Shown piece by piece: positions 10,217 to 18,251 of a stretch of DNA of 28,962 nt. The number at the start of each line of letters is the position of its first letter. Positions within the stretch are counted from its first letter, which is position 1. Both the position numbers and the translations under genes were made by a program. Under the pieces are notes generated by a model. That model was not told where the DNA came from, ran no database searches, and was given only the letters and a program-made list of their open reading frames with translations. Source of the stretch: a virus (lineage: Duplodnaviria; Caudoviricetes); IMG/VR virus record IMGVR_UViG_3300032330_000639, positions 1 to 28,962 of that record; one strand, given 5' to 3'.

Positions 10217-11998
10217 TTAACCTCTAGTTACTACTCTTGCGTTTCCTTTACCACCTGCGGTTAAACTTGTTAAAATTGATTGAATGTCTGGCGGCGGAGT
10301 AGGGGCTGCCATTTGTCCACCTTGTTCTGGAGGAAGAGCGCCTTCTACTGGAGCACCAGAGGGAGCAGGGGACGTTTGCTCAACCATAGGGTTAGAAACT
10401 CCAGCAGAAGGAACTGGTTGCTGCGGAGCGAAAGTGGCTTCAATTGCGTCTTCTAGTGCTTGACCCTTTTGACGAGCCTTGATAACCGCAGCAATTTTAT
10501 TTACTATTCCAGATGCGTCTTGTCCACCTGCAACCATCTGTGGAATTGCTTGACTTAATGCTGTAAGAGAACCAAGAAGCGATGCTCTCATATTTTCAAC
10601 TTCAATTTTTTCAAGTTCTTGAGTTACGTTAACTGTAAATGGCAACTCACGCATAGCCATATCTTTGGAGATTAATCCACCACCAAGTGCCTGTAACATA
10701 AAGATAAGACCTTGTGCTGGGTTAAGACCAGCAAGCATTCCATAACGAACATCAGCAGAATAATCTGACTTAATATCTTTGGTTGGCTTGTATGTAATTT
10801 CATATGGTGAACCAGAATCTACACCGCGAATTGTTTTTTCTTCAGGGTAGATACTCTCATCAATTTCAAAACATAAACGAATTACATCACGAAGTGCTGC
10901 AGCAAAGATTGCTTGGGCTGATTTAACCTGTGTATCAAATGCTCCCATAAGAGCCTGTACACCTTGACCAGTAACAATTGAAGCATCAATGTTTCCAGTA
11001 CGAGATTCAGGGTAACGAGCACCAACACGAAGTTCTTGATTAAGAAGACTTTGTTCTGTAAATGCACCTTGTGGCAATGTAAGTTCTACGCGACGAACAC
11101 CTGCTGGATTGGCTGTACGGATAACCGCATCTCCACCCAACTGTAGTTCTTGTACATCTTGTGGAAGAACGATAGGTGCTTGAACAGATTTCTCTGCAGC
11201 CTCCATTGCAAGTAAAGCAAAACGATTACGAAGTAATTGAATTCCTAGTACATCATCAAATTGTCCACGTAGTTCATTATCAATAGAAGGCTTACGTGCT
11301 ACTACTACCATCATCTTACCAAGAGGATTCTTAGCCTGTGATAGAACTAAATTCTGTCTTGCTGGTAGGTAAACAACTGATTGGTCTTTATCGTAGTAGC
11401 GAACCATCTCTACTTGACCATTTAAATCTTGTTTGTATCCATCTTGTCCAAGGATTACAGAATCATACTCTGGGAACTGGGTTACTAATTCGCCCAATGT
11501 TAAAGTATATCTTTTAGCAAATGCTACACAGCGACCATATCGGTCAAACTCTGGATAAGAACCAATTGGATTCTCTAAACGAATGCGAGGTAATTTTGCT
11601 TCATCATCTAGTTCTATAACAAATGGAAGGAATCCATATGTCAAATACCAATCTGCTCCTTGGTACATCTGTACAGATAAATCAGAGTTTTGGAAATAAT
11701 TACTAGCAATACGAGTACGCTTATCGGCAAAAGAACGAGCACGGTCATTAACTTGATTAGCCGCCGAGCAGTTGACTGCTGGGAGAGGTGCCATAACCTC
11801 TGAAAGGTCTCTGGCAACGACATCAATAAAATTTGCAACGACATTAGCATCTACACCATCTGGAAAGAAGTCAGGATAGACCTCTGATATTTTACCTTTA
11901 CGGACAGCAAGAACATCTAAGTTACGAGCATCTCTCTCGCTATTACGGTAACGAAGGGATTGAACCCGTGCTGCTACCTGCTCCATTGTTAATGCCAT
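10217..11998 (-). CDS. Portal protein
   Basis: 593 aa, directly downstream of the terminase. 'VANFIDVVARD' motif and Pro/Gln-rich C-terminal tail. Confidence 0.85.
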   Translation of the reverse strand: MALTMEQVAARVQSLRYRNSERDARNLDVLAVRKGKISEVYPDFFPDGVDANVVANFIDVVARDLSEVMAPLPAVNCSAANQVNDRARSFADKRTRIASNYFQNSDLSVQMYQGADWYLTYGFLPFVIELDDEAKLPRIRLENPIGSYPEFDRYGRCVAFAKRYTLTLGELVTQFPEYDSVILGQDGYKQDLNGQVEMVRYYDKDQSVVYLPARQNLVLSQAKNPLGKMMVVVARKPSIDNELRGQFDDVLGIQLLRNRFALLAMEAAEKSVQAPIVLPQDVQELQLGGDAVIRTANPAGVRRVELTLPQGAFTEQSLLNQELRVGARYPESRTGNIDASIVTGQGVQALMGAFDTQVKSAQAIFAAALRDVIRLCFEIDESIYPEEKTIRGVDSGSPYEITYKPTKDIKSDYSADVRYGMLAGLNPAQGLIFMLQALGGGLISKDMAMRELPFTVNVTQELEKIEVENMRASLLGSLTALSQAIPQMVAGGQDASGIVNKIAAVIKARQKGQALEDAIEATFAPQQPVPSAGVSNPMVEQTSPAPSGAPVEGALPPEQGGQMAAPTPPPDIQSILTSLTAGGKGNARVVTRG

Positions 11999-12005
11999 TT
12001 ATATC

Positions 12006-13874
12006 CTAACTGTAAGTTTCAGCCCATTGCTCTGCAAAGGCTTCGTCTAAATTAAGTGAACCACGTTTTGACTGTTGTGCTCTTGTAGCCCATCGATTGT
12101 TCTGGTATTGCCCAATTCGTGTTGACTGTTGCATTAATTCACGGATACGAATAACTGCAAACCATAAAGCCATTACACAGTCAGTTGGGTTCTTAGTGTC
12201 AGGCTTCCAAGTAATAAGTTCTTGAACTAAAGTCTTAAGACCTTCAGAACCCTCATTGCTTGGTAATTCTAATATGTTGTTATCTTGGAATCTACCATCT
12301 CTGGTTGAACCAAATAGGCTTGCCATAGAGGCTACACCGAATCCAACATCCCATTTATTCTTACCAGTAAAGTGTGAGTTTAATTGGCAACCATATTGGG
12401 CTAGATAATTTCTTAAGTTATCATCCAGAGCATAAGCCTTCTGGTGGGCGTTAATTTCAATTCGTATTTCTTGTGGCTTGTATTTAGGTACCCATTCTTC
12501 AATCAAGTTTTGAATCTTGGCTGGTGTTGGGTCTGTCATATTAATACAATCTAAAACATATATCTTTCCATCAGCACGGTTATAAGAAACAACTACCGCT
12601 CCTGTTGCTCCCGCCATTGCTGGGTCGAGGCCAATAACTGTATATGTAGATTCACAATGCTTCGGATGTCCTGGGACTCCAGGCTTGAGAGGTCCTCTTT
12701 TTCGCATTCCATTAACGCTACCTGCGACACAGGTTGGAGAAAAGATTGAATTCTCTGTGACATCTTCTTGTTGGTAGACCATAGCCCAGACAGATGGCGC
12801 CACTTCAGAGCGTCGCGTAAATAGTGACGGTCCATCCCACTTAGGGAACAGCCCTTCTTCATTTGCTTCATCTTTGTCGCCCTCTGGTCTATCAGTCCAA
12901 GGCCATAAGGTTTTCCAATTGGCTGGCTTTTCATCAAATTCTAATACTGCTGGCATAGCGAAGTATGTGAAAGGAGACTTGCCTCCAGTCCATTGTCCGC
13001 CATCTCTAATCATTTTATATAAATCAATTGAGGCGACACGGGTTCCTACTACTAGTAGTTTTCCGTGCCGTCCCAAACGTGTGATAACTTCTTTCTGAAG
13101 CCATTCAATTTGCTTTTCCCATTCGTGGGCATTTGAGTTCATCACAACGTCATCTAGGATAATCAGGTCTGCTCTTGCTCCGTAAATCTGAGACCCAAAT
13201 CCTAATGCTTGTACCGTAGGGTCCTTCTCACCAGAATCTCTCCCAGTACCTAGGTAAATCATATCTGCTGACCATTGAGTAGCATCAGCCTTATATCCTC
13301 CATTTGGACCGAAGGCGGTCTGGAGTTTAATATAGGCGGGGTGGCTAAGACGAGTCTTAATCGCACCTAAAAATTTTCTAGCCATACCCTGAGTTTTAGA
13401 GACTATGATTACTCTTGAGTTCGGGTTGGTCACAATATGATGAACTACGTAGTTGGTAGTTATCGTTGTTGACTTGGCGTGCTCAGGTGGTACGTTAATT
13501 AAGATACGGTTCTCAGCACCTGGTTCGTAGGTCATAGACGGGTGAATCCATCTTGGGGTCCTACCCTCGATTAAGTCAATCCAATCAAGGTGGTGTTCAA
13601 ATAACTTTGTATTTAAGAATTGCTCTGAGAAGTCAGGGAAGGATATGTTCTTCAAGTCCCCTAAGTCAGCGATTACCCCTTTACCAGCAAGGCGGGCTTT
13701 ATCGGCTCTTTCTTTAAATTCAGGGTCCTGCATCGACCATTGGCGGAAGGTAACATCGTTACGTCCTACTGAAGCCATTGCGGCTGTGATGGTAGAACCT
13801 TGACCTAATTGTATTAAAACTTTTTCTTGGGCCTCGCCCTTTGGTATATTTTGTATCCCTGGCTTGCGTCCCAT
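12006..13874 (-). CDS. terL: Terminase large subunit with an N-terminal HTH-like extension
   Basis: Walker A-like 'VPPEHAKST', Walker B 'GARADLIILDD', motif C 'VVGTR', nuclease 'IGLDPA' and 'TDCVMAL'. Confidence 0.93.
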   Translation of the reverse strand: MGRKPGIQNIPKGEAQEKVLIQLGQGSTITAAMASVGRNDVTFRQWSMQDPEFKERADKARLAGKGVIADLGDLKNISFPDFSEQFLNTKLFEHHLDWIDLIEGRTPRWIHPSMTYEPGAENRILINVPPEHAKSTTITTNYVVHHIVTNPNSRVIIVSKTQGMARKFLGAIKTRLSHPAYIKLQTAFGPNGGYKADATQWSADMIYLGTGRDSGEKDPTVQALGFGSQIYGARADLIILDDVVMNSNAHEWEKQIEWLQKEVITRLGRHGKLLVVGTRVASIDLYKMIRDGGQWTGGKSPFTYFAMPAVLEFDEKPANWKTLWPWTDRPEGDKDEANEEGLFPKWDGPSLFTRRSEVAPSVWAMVYQQEDVTENSIFSPTCVAGSVNGMRKRGPLKPGVPGHPKHCESTYTVIGLDPAMAGATGAVVVSYNRADGKIYVLDCINMTDPTPAKIQNLIEEWVPKYKPQEIRIEINAHQKAYALDDNLRNYLAQYGCQLNSHFTGKNKWDVGFGVASMASLFGSTRDGRFQDNNILELPSNEGSEGLKTLVQELITWKPDTKNPTDCVMALWFAVIRIRELMQQSTRIGQYQNNRWATRAQQSKRGSLNLDEAFAEQWAETYS

Positions 13875-13934
13875 TTACATCCCTAATATCGGTCATATAA
13901 CGCTAGTTATTAAACGGCATAACTGTGGTCGTCT

Positions 13935-14063
13935 ACCTACTTCGTAGGTTAAATATTTATATATTATATTTAACGAACGAGGAGCCAAAACGACGAGTTC
14001 GTTTGAACTCTGTAGTTTTAACTACTATATAAGATAACCTGTTCGAAGGGCTAAAACCGAACA
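13935..14063. repeat. Cluster of inverted repeats with an AT-rich tract
   Basis: ACCTAC-TTC-GTAGGT; GTTAAATAT...ATATTTAAC; AACGAAC...GTTCGTT; TGTTCG...CGAACA. Confidence 0.6.
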
Positions 14064-14208
14064 ATCAGATTGAATATATTTTTATTTATGTCCTATTTGT
14101 GGCACTTTGTGCCTATATAGCGGGGGATATAACAGCAATTTTTGTTGGAAGAGTACAGTATAGTATTGCACGCGTATTAATAACCTCTGGGTCAAACCTG
14201 ACCATTTC

Positions 14209-14246
14209 GGACATATGATGACATATGATGCTATGTCCTGACATAT
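14209..14246. repeat. Tandem GACATATGAT repeats within a GGACATA/TATGTCC inverted repeat
   Basis: GACATATGAT at 14210 and 14220; partial GACATAT at 14240. Confidence 0.6.
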
Positions 14247-14397
14247 ATGTATACCCGTTAGGGGTATGGATAAGTAAGAGATTTCCACAGGGCTAAACTA
14301 AATTAAACTTATGTTGCTTGACTATCCCCCTCCCATATTCCCCCCTCCTTCTTGCATTCAATCACCCGTTATAAATGCAATTCACAGAGGGCGCAGA

Positions 14398-14471
14398 GTC
14401 TCACATATTGAGACAATCACCCCACCCAATCTCAGATAATTCTCAGGTAATCGTTATCAAATCGTTATCAA
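14398..14471. promoter_or_regulatory. Putative transcription-factor boxes upstream of the early promoter
   Basis: Palindrome GTCTCA-N5-TGAGAC; TCTCAGRTAAT x2; ATCGTTATCAA x2. Both direct repeats have an 11-bp period. Confidence 0.6.
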
Positions 14472-14478
14472 AATGTCA

Positions 14479-14507
14479 TTGACAAGCCCCCCGCCCCGTG
14501 TCATAGT
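14479..14507 (+). promoter_or_regulatory. Housekeeping-sigma early promoter
   Basis: Perfect TTGACA, 17-bp spacer, extended -10 TGnCATAGT, about 50 nt upstream of the first early ORF. Confidence 0.7.
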
Positions 14508-14556
14508 TCCATTACTAGCCCAAGCAACTACGCAAGGGCAGAACAAGGAGCACCAA

Positions 14557-14742
14557 ATGACAAAGAAAGACTTTCAACTAATCGCAGGAGTTATTGAGGG
14601 CTCAATGCAAAATTGGGACGGCTTTACTCCTGAGGCACAAGAGGCAATTATCGGCTTAGCCCGTAGCCTTTCAATTAAACTACAAGATACAAATCCCCGC
14701 TTTAATCGGGATTTATTCTTAACCGCTTGCGGGGTGAAATAA
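14557..14742 (+). CDS. Small early protein (MTKKDF...NPRFNRDLFLTAC type)
   Basis: SD AAGGAG precedes the ATG at 14557. The longer ORF-track start overlaps the promoter. Confidence 0.75.
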   Translation: MTKKDFQLIAGVIEGSMQNWDGFTPEAQEAIIGLARSLSIKLQDTNPRFNRDLFLTACGVK

Positions 14743-14915
14743 TGTTAAAGGCAGAATACACCCTAAGCACTACCCCCGCAGGAGATGAGATTAAAGGGCA
14801 ATACGAGCAAGAGTTTGACACCATAAGCGAATTAGAGGATTTTATCGCCTACAATCGCGCCTACTTTGTAAGATTGCAATTCTGGGGCTCATTTAAAAAA
14901 GAGGTGGAAGAATGA
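14742..14915 (+). CDS. Hypothetical early protein
   Basis: TAATG coupling to the previous gene; acidic, 57 aa. Confidence 0.65.
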   Translation: MLKAEYTLSTTPAGDEIKGQYEQEFDTISELEDFIAYNRAYFVRLQFWGSFKKEVEE

Positions 14916-15094
14916 CCTCCCTTCCATTAGCAGGGATTTACTACCGCCCTTGGATATGTGAGACACATCTTCAAGAGTTGGACGAATTAGAGACAAGCGG
15001 GGAGATTAGCGAAGGCAAAACCCGCTTGAGTGAGATTGTGAATGAATATCTATGGTGCGAAGATTGCACAGAGTTAAAGGGGGCGCAAGAATGA
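14912..15094 (+). CDS. Hypothetical early protein, possibly Zn-binding
   Basis: ATGA overlap; CxxH and CxxC motifs. Confidence 0.6.
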   Translation: MTSLPLAGIYYRPWICETHLQELDELETSGEISEGKTRLSEIVNEYLWCEDCTELKGAQE

Positions 15095-15270
15095 GCGTCT
15101 TTGCCTATATCGTAAACGGCGACGGCTCGCGGGGTAGTGGCGAGATGGTTTGCCCTGATTGTGGAAAGAATAAACCCCAAGCCATAGAATGCCACCGCAG
15201 AGATTACTCCTACGGATATGAGATAATCGGGTGTTATTGGTGTAATCAAACACTAGACGCACCCTTTTAA
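15091..15270 (+). CDS. Small Zn-finger protein
   Basis: ATGA overlap at 15091; CPDC and CYWC motifs. Confidence 0.6.
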   Translation: MSVFAYIVNGDGSRGSGEMVCPDCGKNKPQAIECHRRDYSYGYEIIGCYWCNQTLDAPF

Positions 15271-15278
15271 TTAAGACC

Positions 15279-15359
15279 GCCCCGCCTCCTTAATCAGAGG
15301 GCACAGGCTCAAGACCTGAGCGGGGCACAAGGTAAGGCGGGAGACACCCGCAGACCTTA
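15279..15359 (+). ncRNA. Structured RNA element, copy 1 (three-way junction plus hairpin)
   Basis: Stems GCCCCGC/GCGGGGC, CTC/GAG and CAGG-CTCAAGA-CCTG, then AAGGT-AAG-GCGGG-AGACA-CCCGC-AG-ACCTT. Covaries with copy 2. Confidence 0.7.
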
Positions 15360-15380
15360 CAAAGAAAGACGGGGGAAATA

Positions 15381-15614
15381 ATGAAATGGCACACTAGAAG
15401 AGGACGCATTTACAAATCCATAAACGGGACGGCTAAGGCTCATCTTTTTTATTGGGTAAAGCAAGAGGGGGCTTATCATTTTGTAGCGGGCTATTACGGG
15501 TTTGGGAAAGATATCCAATTTACAAATCTAGTCTTCAAGACGGCGGGAGAGGCTAAGAATTATTGCGCCGTGAAGGACGGGGAGGCGGTAGTAATTGAGG
15601 GGGTGAGTGCGTGA
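15381..15614 (+). CDS. Hypothetical basic early protein
   Basis: 77 aa; GACGGGGG RBS. Confidence 0.7.
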   Translation: MKWHTRRGRIYKSINGTAKAHLFYWVKQEGAYHFVAGYYGFGKDIQFTNLVFKTAGEAKNYCAVKDGEAVVIEGVSA

Positions 15615-15769
15615 TTGATTGGGATAACTTTTTTAATATTGGCTTGAGTAGTTACGGGCTAGTAATTGAAGGATACTTTGGTGATGTATATCTGCCTTAT
15701 CGTGCCTTAATCCTTGCCGTGCTAGTAATTGCAGGGCGCAAGGCTTGGAAGAAATGGCGGGATAGATAA
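15611..15769 (+). CDS. Small membrane protein (not in the ORF track)
   Basis: GTGA overlap. 52 aa, MIDWDNFF...ALILAVLVIAGRKAWKKWRDR: hydrophobic segment followed by a basic tail. Confidence 0.6.
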   Translation: MIDWDNFFNIGLSSYGLVIEGYFGDVYLPYRALILAVLVIAGRKAWKKWRDR

Positions 15770-15791
15770 CGAAATTGTTATAAGAAACAAA

Positions 15792-15869
15792 GCCCTAACC
15801 CTTGACGGGGGCGCGGTGAGCAAGACACCATAGGGCACGGGGTAAGGTGGAAGATTTCCACAAACCTTA
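15792..15869 (+). ncRNA. Structured RNA element, copy 2
   Basis: Stems GCCCTA/TAGGGC, CCC/GGG and GGTG-AGCAAGA-CACC, then GGGGT-AAG-GTGGA-AGATT-TCCAC-AA-ACCTT. Confidence 0.7.
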
Positions 15870-15896
15870 AGACCATTTTGACGGGAGAAAATTAAA

Positions 15897-16343
15897 ATGG
15901 ACGATAGAGTAAAGGGTGTTGATTTATTGGCAACGCTTGAAAAGATTAAGCGCGGGGAGACTTACGACATCTTTAACCTATTGCCTAATATTGCGGGCGG
16001 TAGCGTTTGGTTAGATGAGATTAAGGACACCGCATTTCATATAGAAGGTTATATTAATGCCGAAGATGATTACGAAATCTCAGACCTTAGAGATTACGGG
16101 CACGAATATGCCAATGGACAATGCGAGACTTATTACAAAAACATCAACGACGAAGTGCAAGCCTTAAGTCTATGGGCTAGTGATGAAATTGATGAAGAAG
16201 TAGCAGAAATGGCTGAGGGTATAGAGCCAACGCTCACTAAATTGCAGAGCCTTTATTTATTCGTGGCAAAGTGGAAGTTGTGGGACGCAGTAGTAGACCA
16301 AGCCTTCCAACACTCAATACAAGATGAATTAGTGGAGGCATAA
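15897..16343 (+). CDS. Ocr-like acidic DNA-mimic (anti-restriction) protein
   Basis: About 33 D/E versus 11 K/R in 148 aa. 'DLRDYGHEYANGQCETYYKNI' parallels the T7 Ocr segment [21 protein letters not shown] (recalled). Located in the early region. Confidence 0.65.
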   Translation: MDDRVKGVDLLATLEKIKRGETYDIFNLLPNIAGGSVWLDEIKDTAFHIEGYINAEDDYEISDLRDYGHEYANGQCETYYKNINDEVQALSLWASDEIDEEVAEMAEGIEPTLTKLQSLYLFVAKWKLWDAVVDQAFQHSIQDELVEA

Positions 16344-16493
16344 ATGAAATCTCCAAATTACTATCGCACACGCACAATGGTGCGGGCGTTGTTTGTATTT
16401 GGCGTGCTTGTTATCTTTTATCTAATCGCAACCCGTATCTGGTGGACAGGCATAGGATTTTGTTTTAATACTATTGAGATTTGTGGGGTGTAA
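16344..16493 (+). CDS. Small membrane protein (not in the ORF track)
   Basis: SD GGAGG; 49 aa with a TM segment ALFVFGVLVIFYLIA. Confidence 0.6.
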   Translation: MKSPNYYRTRTMVRALFVFGVLVIFYLIATRIWWTGIGFCFNTIEICGV

Positions 16494-16494
16494 T

Positions 16495-16602
16495 ATGTGT
16501 AATGAATGCGGATATAAACACAGCGAGGACAACAATACAATGAGCCTAGTTATGTGTGGCGATTGCTTACAAGATATAAAGATTTGTGGGTGTGATAAAT
16601 GA
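16495..16602 (+). CDS. Tiny Cys-rich protein
   Basis: 35 aa with CNEC, CGDC and CGC; fills a gap in the operon. Confidence 0.45.
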   Translation: MCNECGYKHSEDNNTMSLVMCGDCLQDIKICGCDK

Positions 16603-16775
16603 ACGATTACACCATCACTCTAGTTTATGATTTGTTCAATATCACCACAGTTATATATGCTGATGATGAGGAACAAGCCAAGCGATATGCTTTACAAAAA
16701 TTAAGCCAAGATTGTGGGCTACCGCTAGGCGAACCAATGGAATACCAATTAGAATTAGAAGGGAGTTTTAATTAA
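16599..16775 (+). CDS. Hypothetical protein
   Basis: ATGA overlap; 58 aa, MNDYTITLV...ADDEEQAKRYA. Confidence 0.6.
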   Translation: MNDYTITLVYDLFNITTVIYADDEEQAKRYALQKLSQDCGLPLGEPMEYQLELEGSFN

Positions 16776-16912
16776 TGAGTGAGATGTCTATGAGTTGGGG
16801 AGAGATAGCACAATTAACCCACGCTACGCAGGTGTCAGGGTTTGGTTGGTGTTGGTGTGAAGATAACGAAGGTAAAGAAAATCCTTATGACGATTGCCCG
16901 AAGGAGGCATAA
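16775..16912 (+). CDS. Hypothetical protein
   Basis: TAATG overlap; 45 aa, ...THATQVSGFGWCWCED...PYDDCP. Confidence 0.55.
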   Translation: MSEMSMSWGEIAQLTHATQVSGFGWCWCEDNEGKENPYDDCPKEA

Positions 16913-17098
16913 ATGTTAGATGAAGATACACCAGAATGGGAACACACAATAACCGCAATGGTTAAACTACGACAACGCAACAGAGCCACCGACGCAGATG
17001 AAGGTTGGGAACTTGCAAAGGACGACGAAGAGAGTTGGTATGTTGTCTCGATTGATTGGGATAACCTTGCTAATTCAGACACAATAAGAATAAAATAA
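16913..17098 (+). CDS. Acidic hypothetical protein
   Basis: SD AAGGAGG; 61 aa. Confidence 0.65.
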   Translation: MLDEDTPEWEHTITAMVKLRQRNRATDADEGWELAKDDEESWYVVSIDWDNLANSDTIRIK

Positions 17099-17120
17099 AC
17101 CAATAAAGACAGGAGAAATA

Positions 17121-17396
17121 ATGAACGCAACACAAGAAATAAAAGTAATAAATAAAAATCACGAAGAGACAAGTTGGAAAAGATATATCACTTTCAATTA
17201 TGATGATACAGAATATAAAGTCTTGTTGTTTTGGGACGAGTTCAACGGGTATGAATTGTATTGGAGAAACAATGAAACCGAATTATTGAACAGTCTTAAA
17301 TCACCACAATGGGCACTTGAATGGGACGAAGACGCAAACAATGGCTCAAGTTTGGCGGCATATTTAGATGAACTTACCTTTCAGGGGGTGGAATAA
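17121..17396 (+). CDS. Acidic, aromatic-rich hypothetical protein
   Basis: GACAGGAG RBS; 91 aa. Confidence 0.7.
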   Translation: MNATQEIKVINKNHEETSWKRYITFNYDDTEYKVLLFWDEFNGYELYWRNNETELLNSLKSPQWALEWDEDANNGSSLAAYLDELTFQGVE

Positions 17397-17644
17397 TGTA
17401 TCAAGGCGAACTATCAGAACCAACAACACCAACAAAATGTTGTAATGCTCGTGCAATTTGGGACGATTGTGAAAAGCACTGGACAGAGGAAGGTAGCGGT
17501 TGTTATGCTACTTGTTGTGAGAAATGTGGCGTCCAAATAGAAACAGATTGTCAGGATAATGTATATTATCTTAGCGAACTTATATCATCAGCAAAAAAAT
17601 TAGTTGAATTGACAGGAGGAAAAAATGATAATGTATCAAATTAG
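17396..17644 (+). CDS. Cys-rich hypothetical protein
   Basis: TAATG coupling; 8 Cys in 82 aa. Confidence 0.6.
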   Translation: MYQGELSEPTTPTKCCNARAIWDDCEKHWTEEGSGCYATCCEKCGVQIETDCQDNVYYLSELISSAKKLVELTGGKNDNVSN

Positions 17645-17741
17645 TGCAACAGTTGATAGCCAGTGGTTTGATATCTTAGGTCAGATTACTAGGTATCAAG
17701 AAGGTTTTGTTTGGGGAGATGTAGAGGAGGTGAATAAATAA
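17625..17741 (+). CDS. Small hypothetical protein (not in the ORF track)
   Basis: GACAGGAGG RBS; 38 aa, MIMYQISATVDSQWFD... Confidence 0.55.
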   Translation: MIMYQISATVDSQWFDILGQITRYQEGFVWGDVEEVNK

Positions 17742-17878
17742 TGGATATATGCCAGTATTGTGGGTGGGAAGTAAAAAATCCTAGGTATGATAACTACTAT
17801 AATAAGAAGCCACTATGTGATGATTGTAATATGGATATGCACTTAGAAAAAGAAAAAGAAATGGAGATTGCACAATGA
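17741..17878 (+). CDS. Small Zn-finger protein (not in the ORF track)
   Basis: SD GGAGGTGA; 45 aa with CQYC and CDDC. Confidence 0.6.
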   Translation: MDICQYCGWEVKNPRYDNYYNKKPLCDDCNMDMHLEKEKEMEIAQ

Positions 17879-18165
17879 TTGGAACAAGCAGAGTAGTTAG
17901 AGTAGATAGTAATGGCGAAAGATTTCTTGGCGACCCACCTAACAATGTGGTTGTCTTGAGAAATGCTTTTGATGTTGTCTATGAAACCAAAGGGACGGAG
18001 TGCGTAAGAGTATTCCTCCCAGAGGGCGTTGGTATTCCAGAGGATTGGGACGAGTGGACAATGCAAGCCAAAGATGAGTGGCTATTTGAGAACCAAGATT
18101 ATGTGAATTATAAATGGAAAGATATAGACAGGGGTGATATAGTCCAGATACTAGAACTTAGATGA
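17875..18165 (+). CDS. Hypothetical protein
   Basis: ATGA overlap; 96 aa. Confidence 0.65.
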   Translation: MIGTSRVVRVDSNGERFLGDPPNNVVVLRNAFDVVYETKGTECVRVFLPEGVGIPEDWDEWTMQAKDEWLFENQDYVNYKWKDIDRGDIVQILELR

Positions 18166-18251
18166 GCATAACTTTATTCTTCCTCCTACTGCTTGTGCTC
18201 AGATATCATAGAAAATGGCTTACCTATTGGAGAAATTGGAGGACTAGATGA
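18162..18251 (+). CDS. Tiny hydrophobic/basic peptide
   Basis: ATGA overlaps at both ends; 29 aa, MSITLFFLLLLVLRYHRKW... Confidence 0.45.
   Translation: MSITLFFLLLLVLRYHRKWLTYWRNWRTR

Noticed and set aside
286-13098. Short alternative-frame and antisense ORFs nested within structural genes
   Set aside because: They lie fully inside long coherent genes, with no RBS or recognisable motifs.
14082-14288. 68-aa minus-strand ORF as terS
   Set aside because: No RBS, atypical composition, overlaps repeats, and ends about 200 nt from terL.
14473-14556. N-terminal extension of the first early ORF
   Set aside because: It overlaps the -35/-10 promoter; the SD supports the ATG at 14557.
15279-15840. 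True tRNA genes
   Set aside because: The elements are only about 45-50 nt, with three stems, no D arm, no TTC T-loop and no CCA.
16478-16718. Recurring AGATT(T)GTGGG
   Set aside because: Short, and accounted for by Ile/Asp-Cys-Gly codons in small Cys-rich ORFs.
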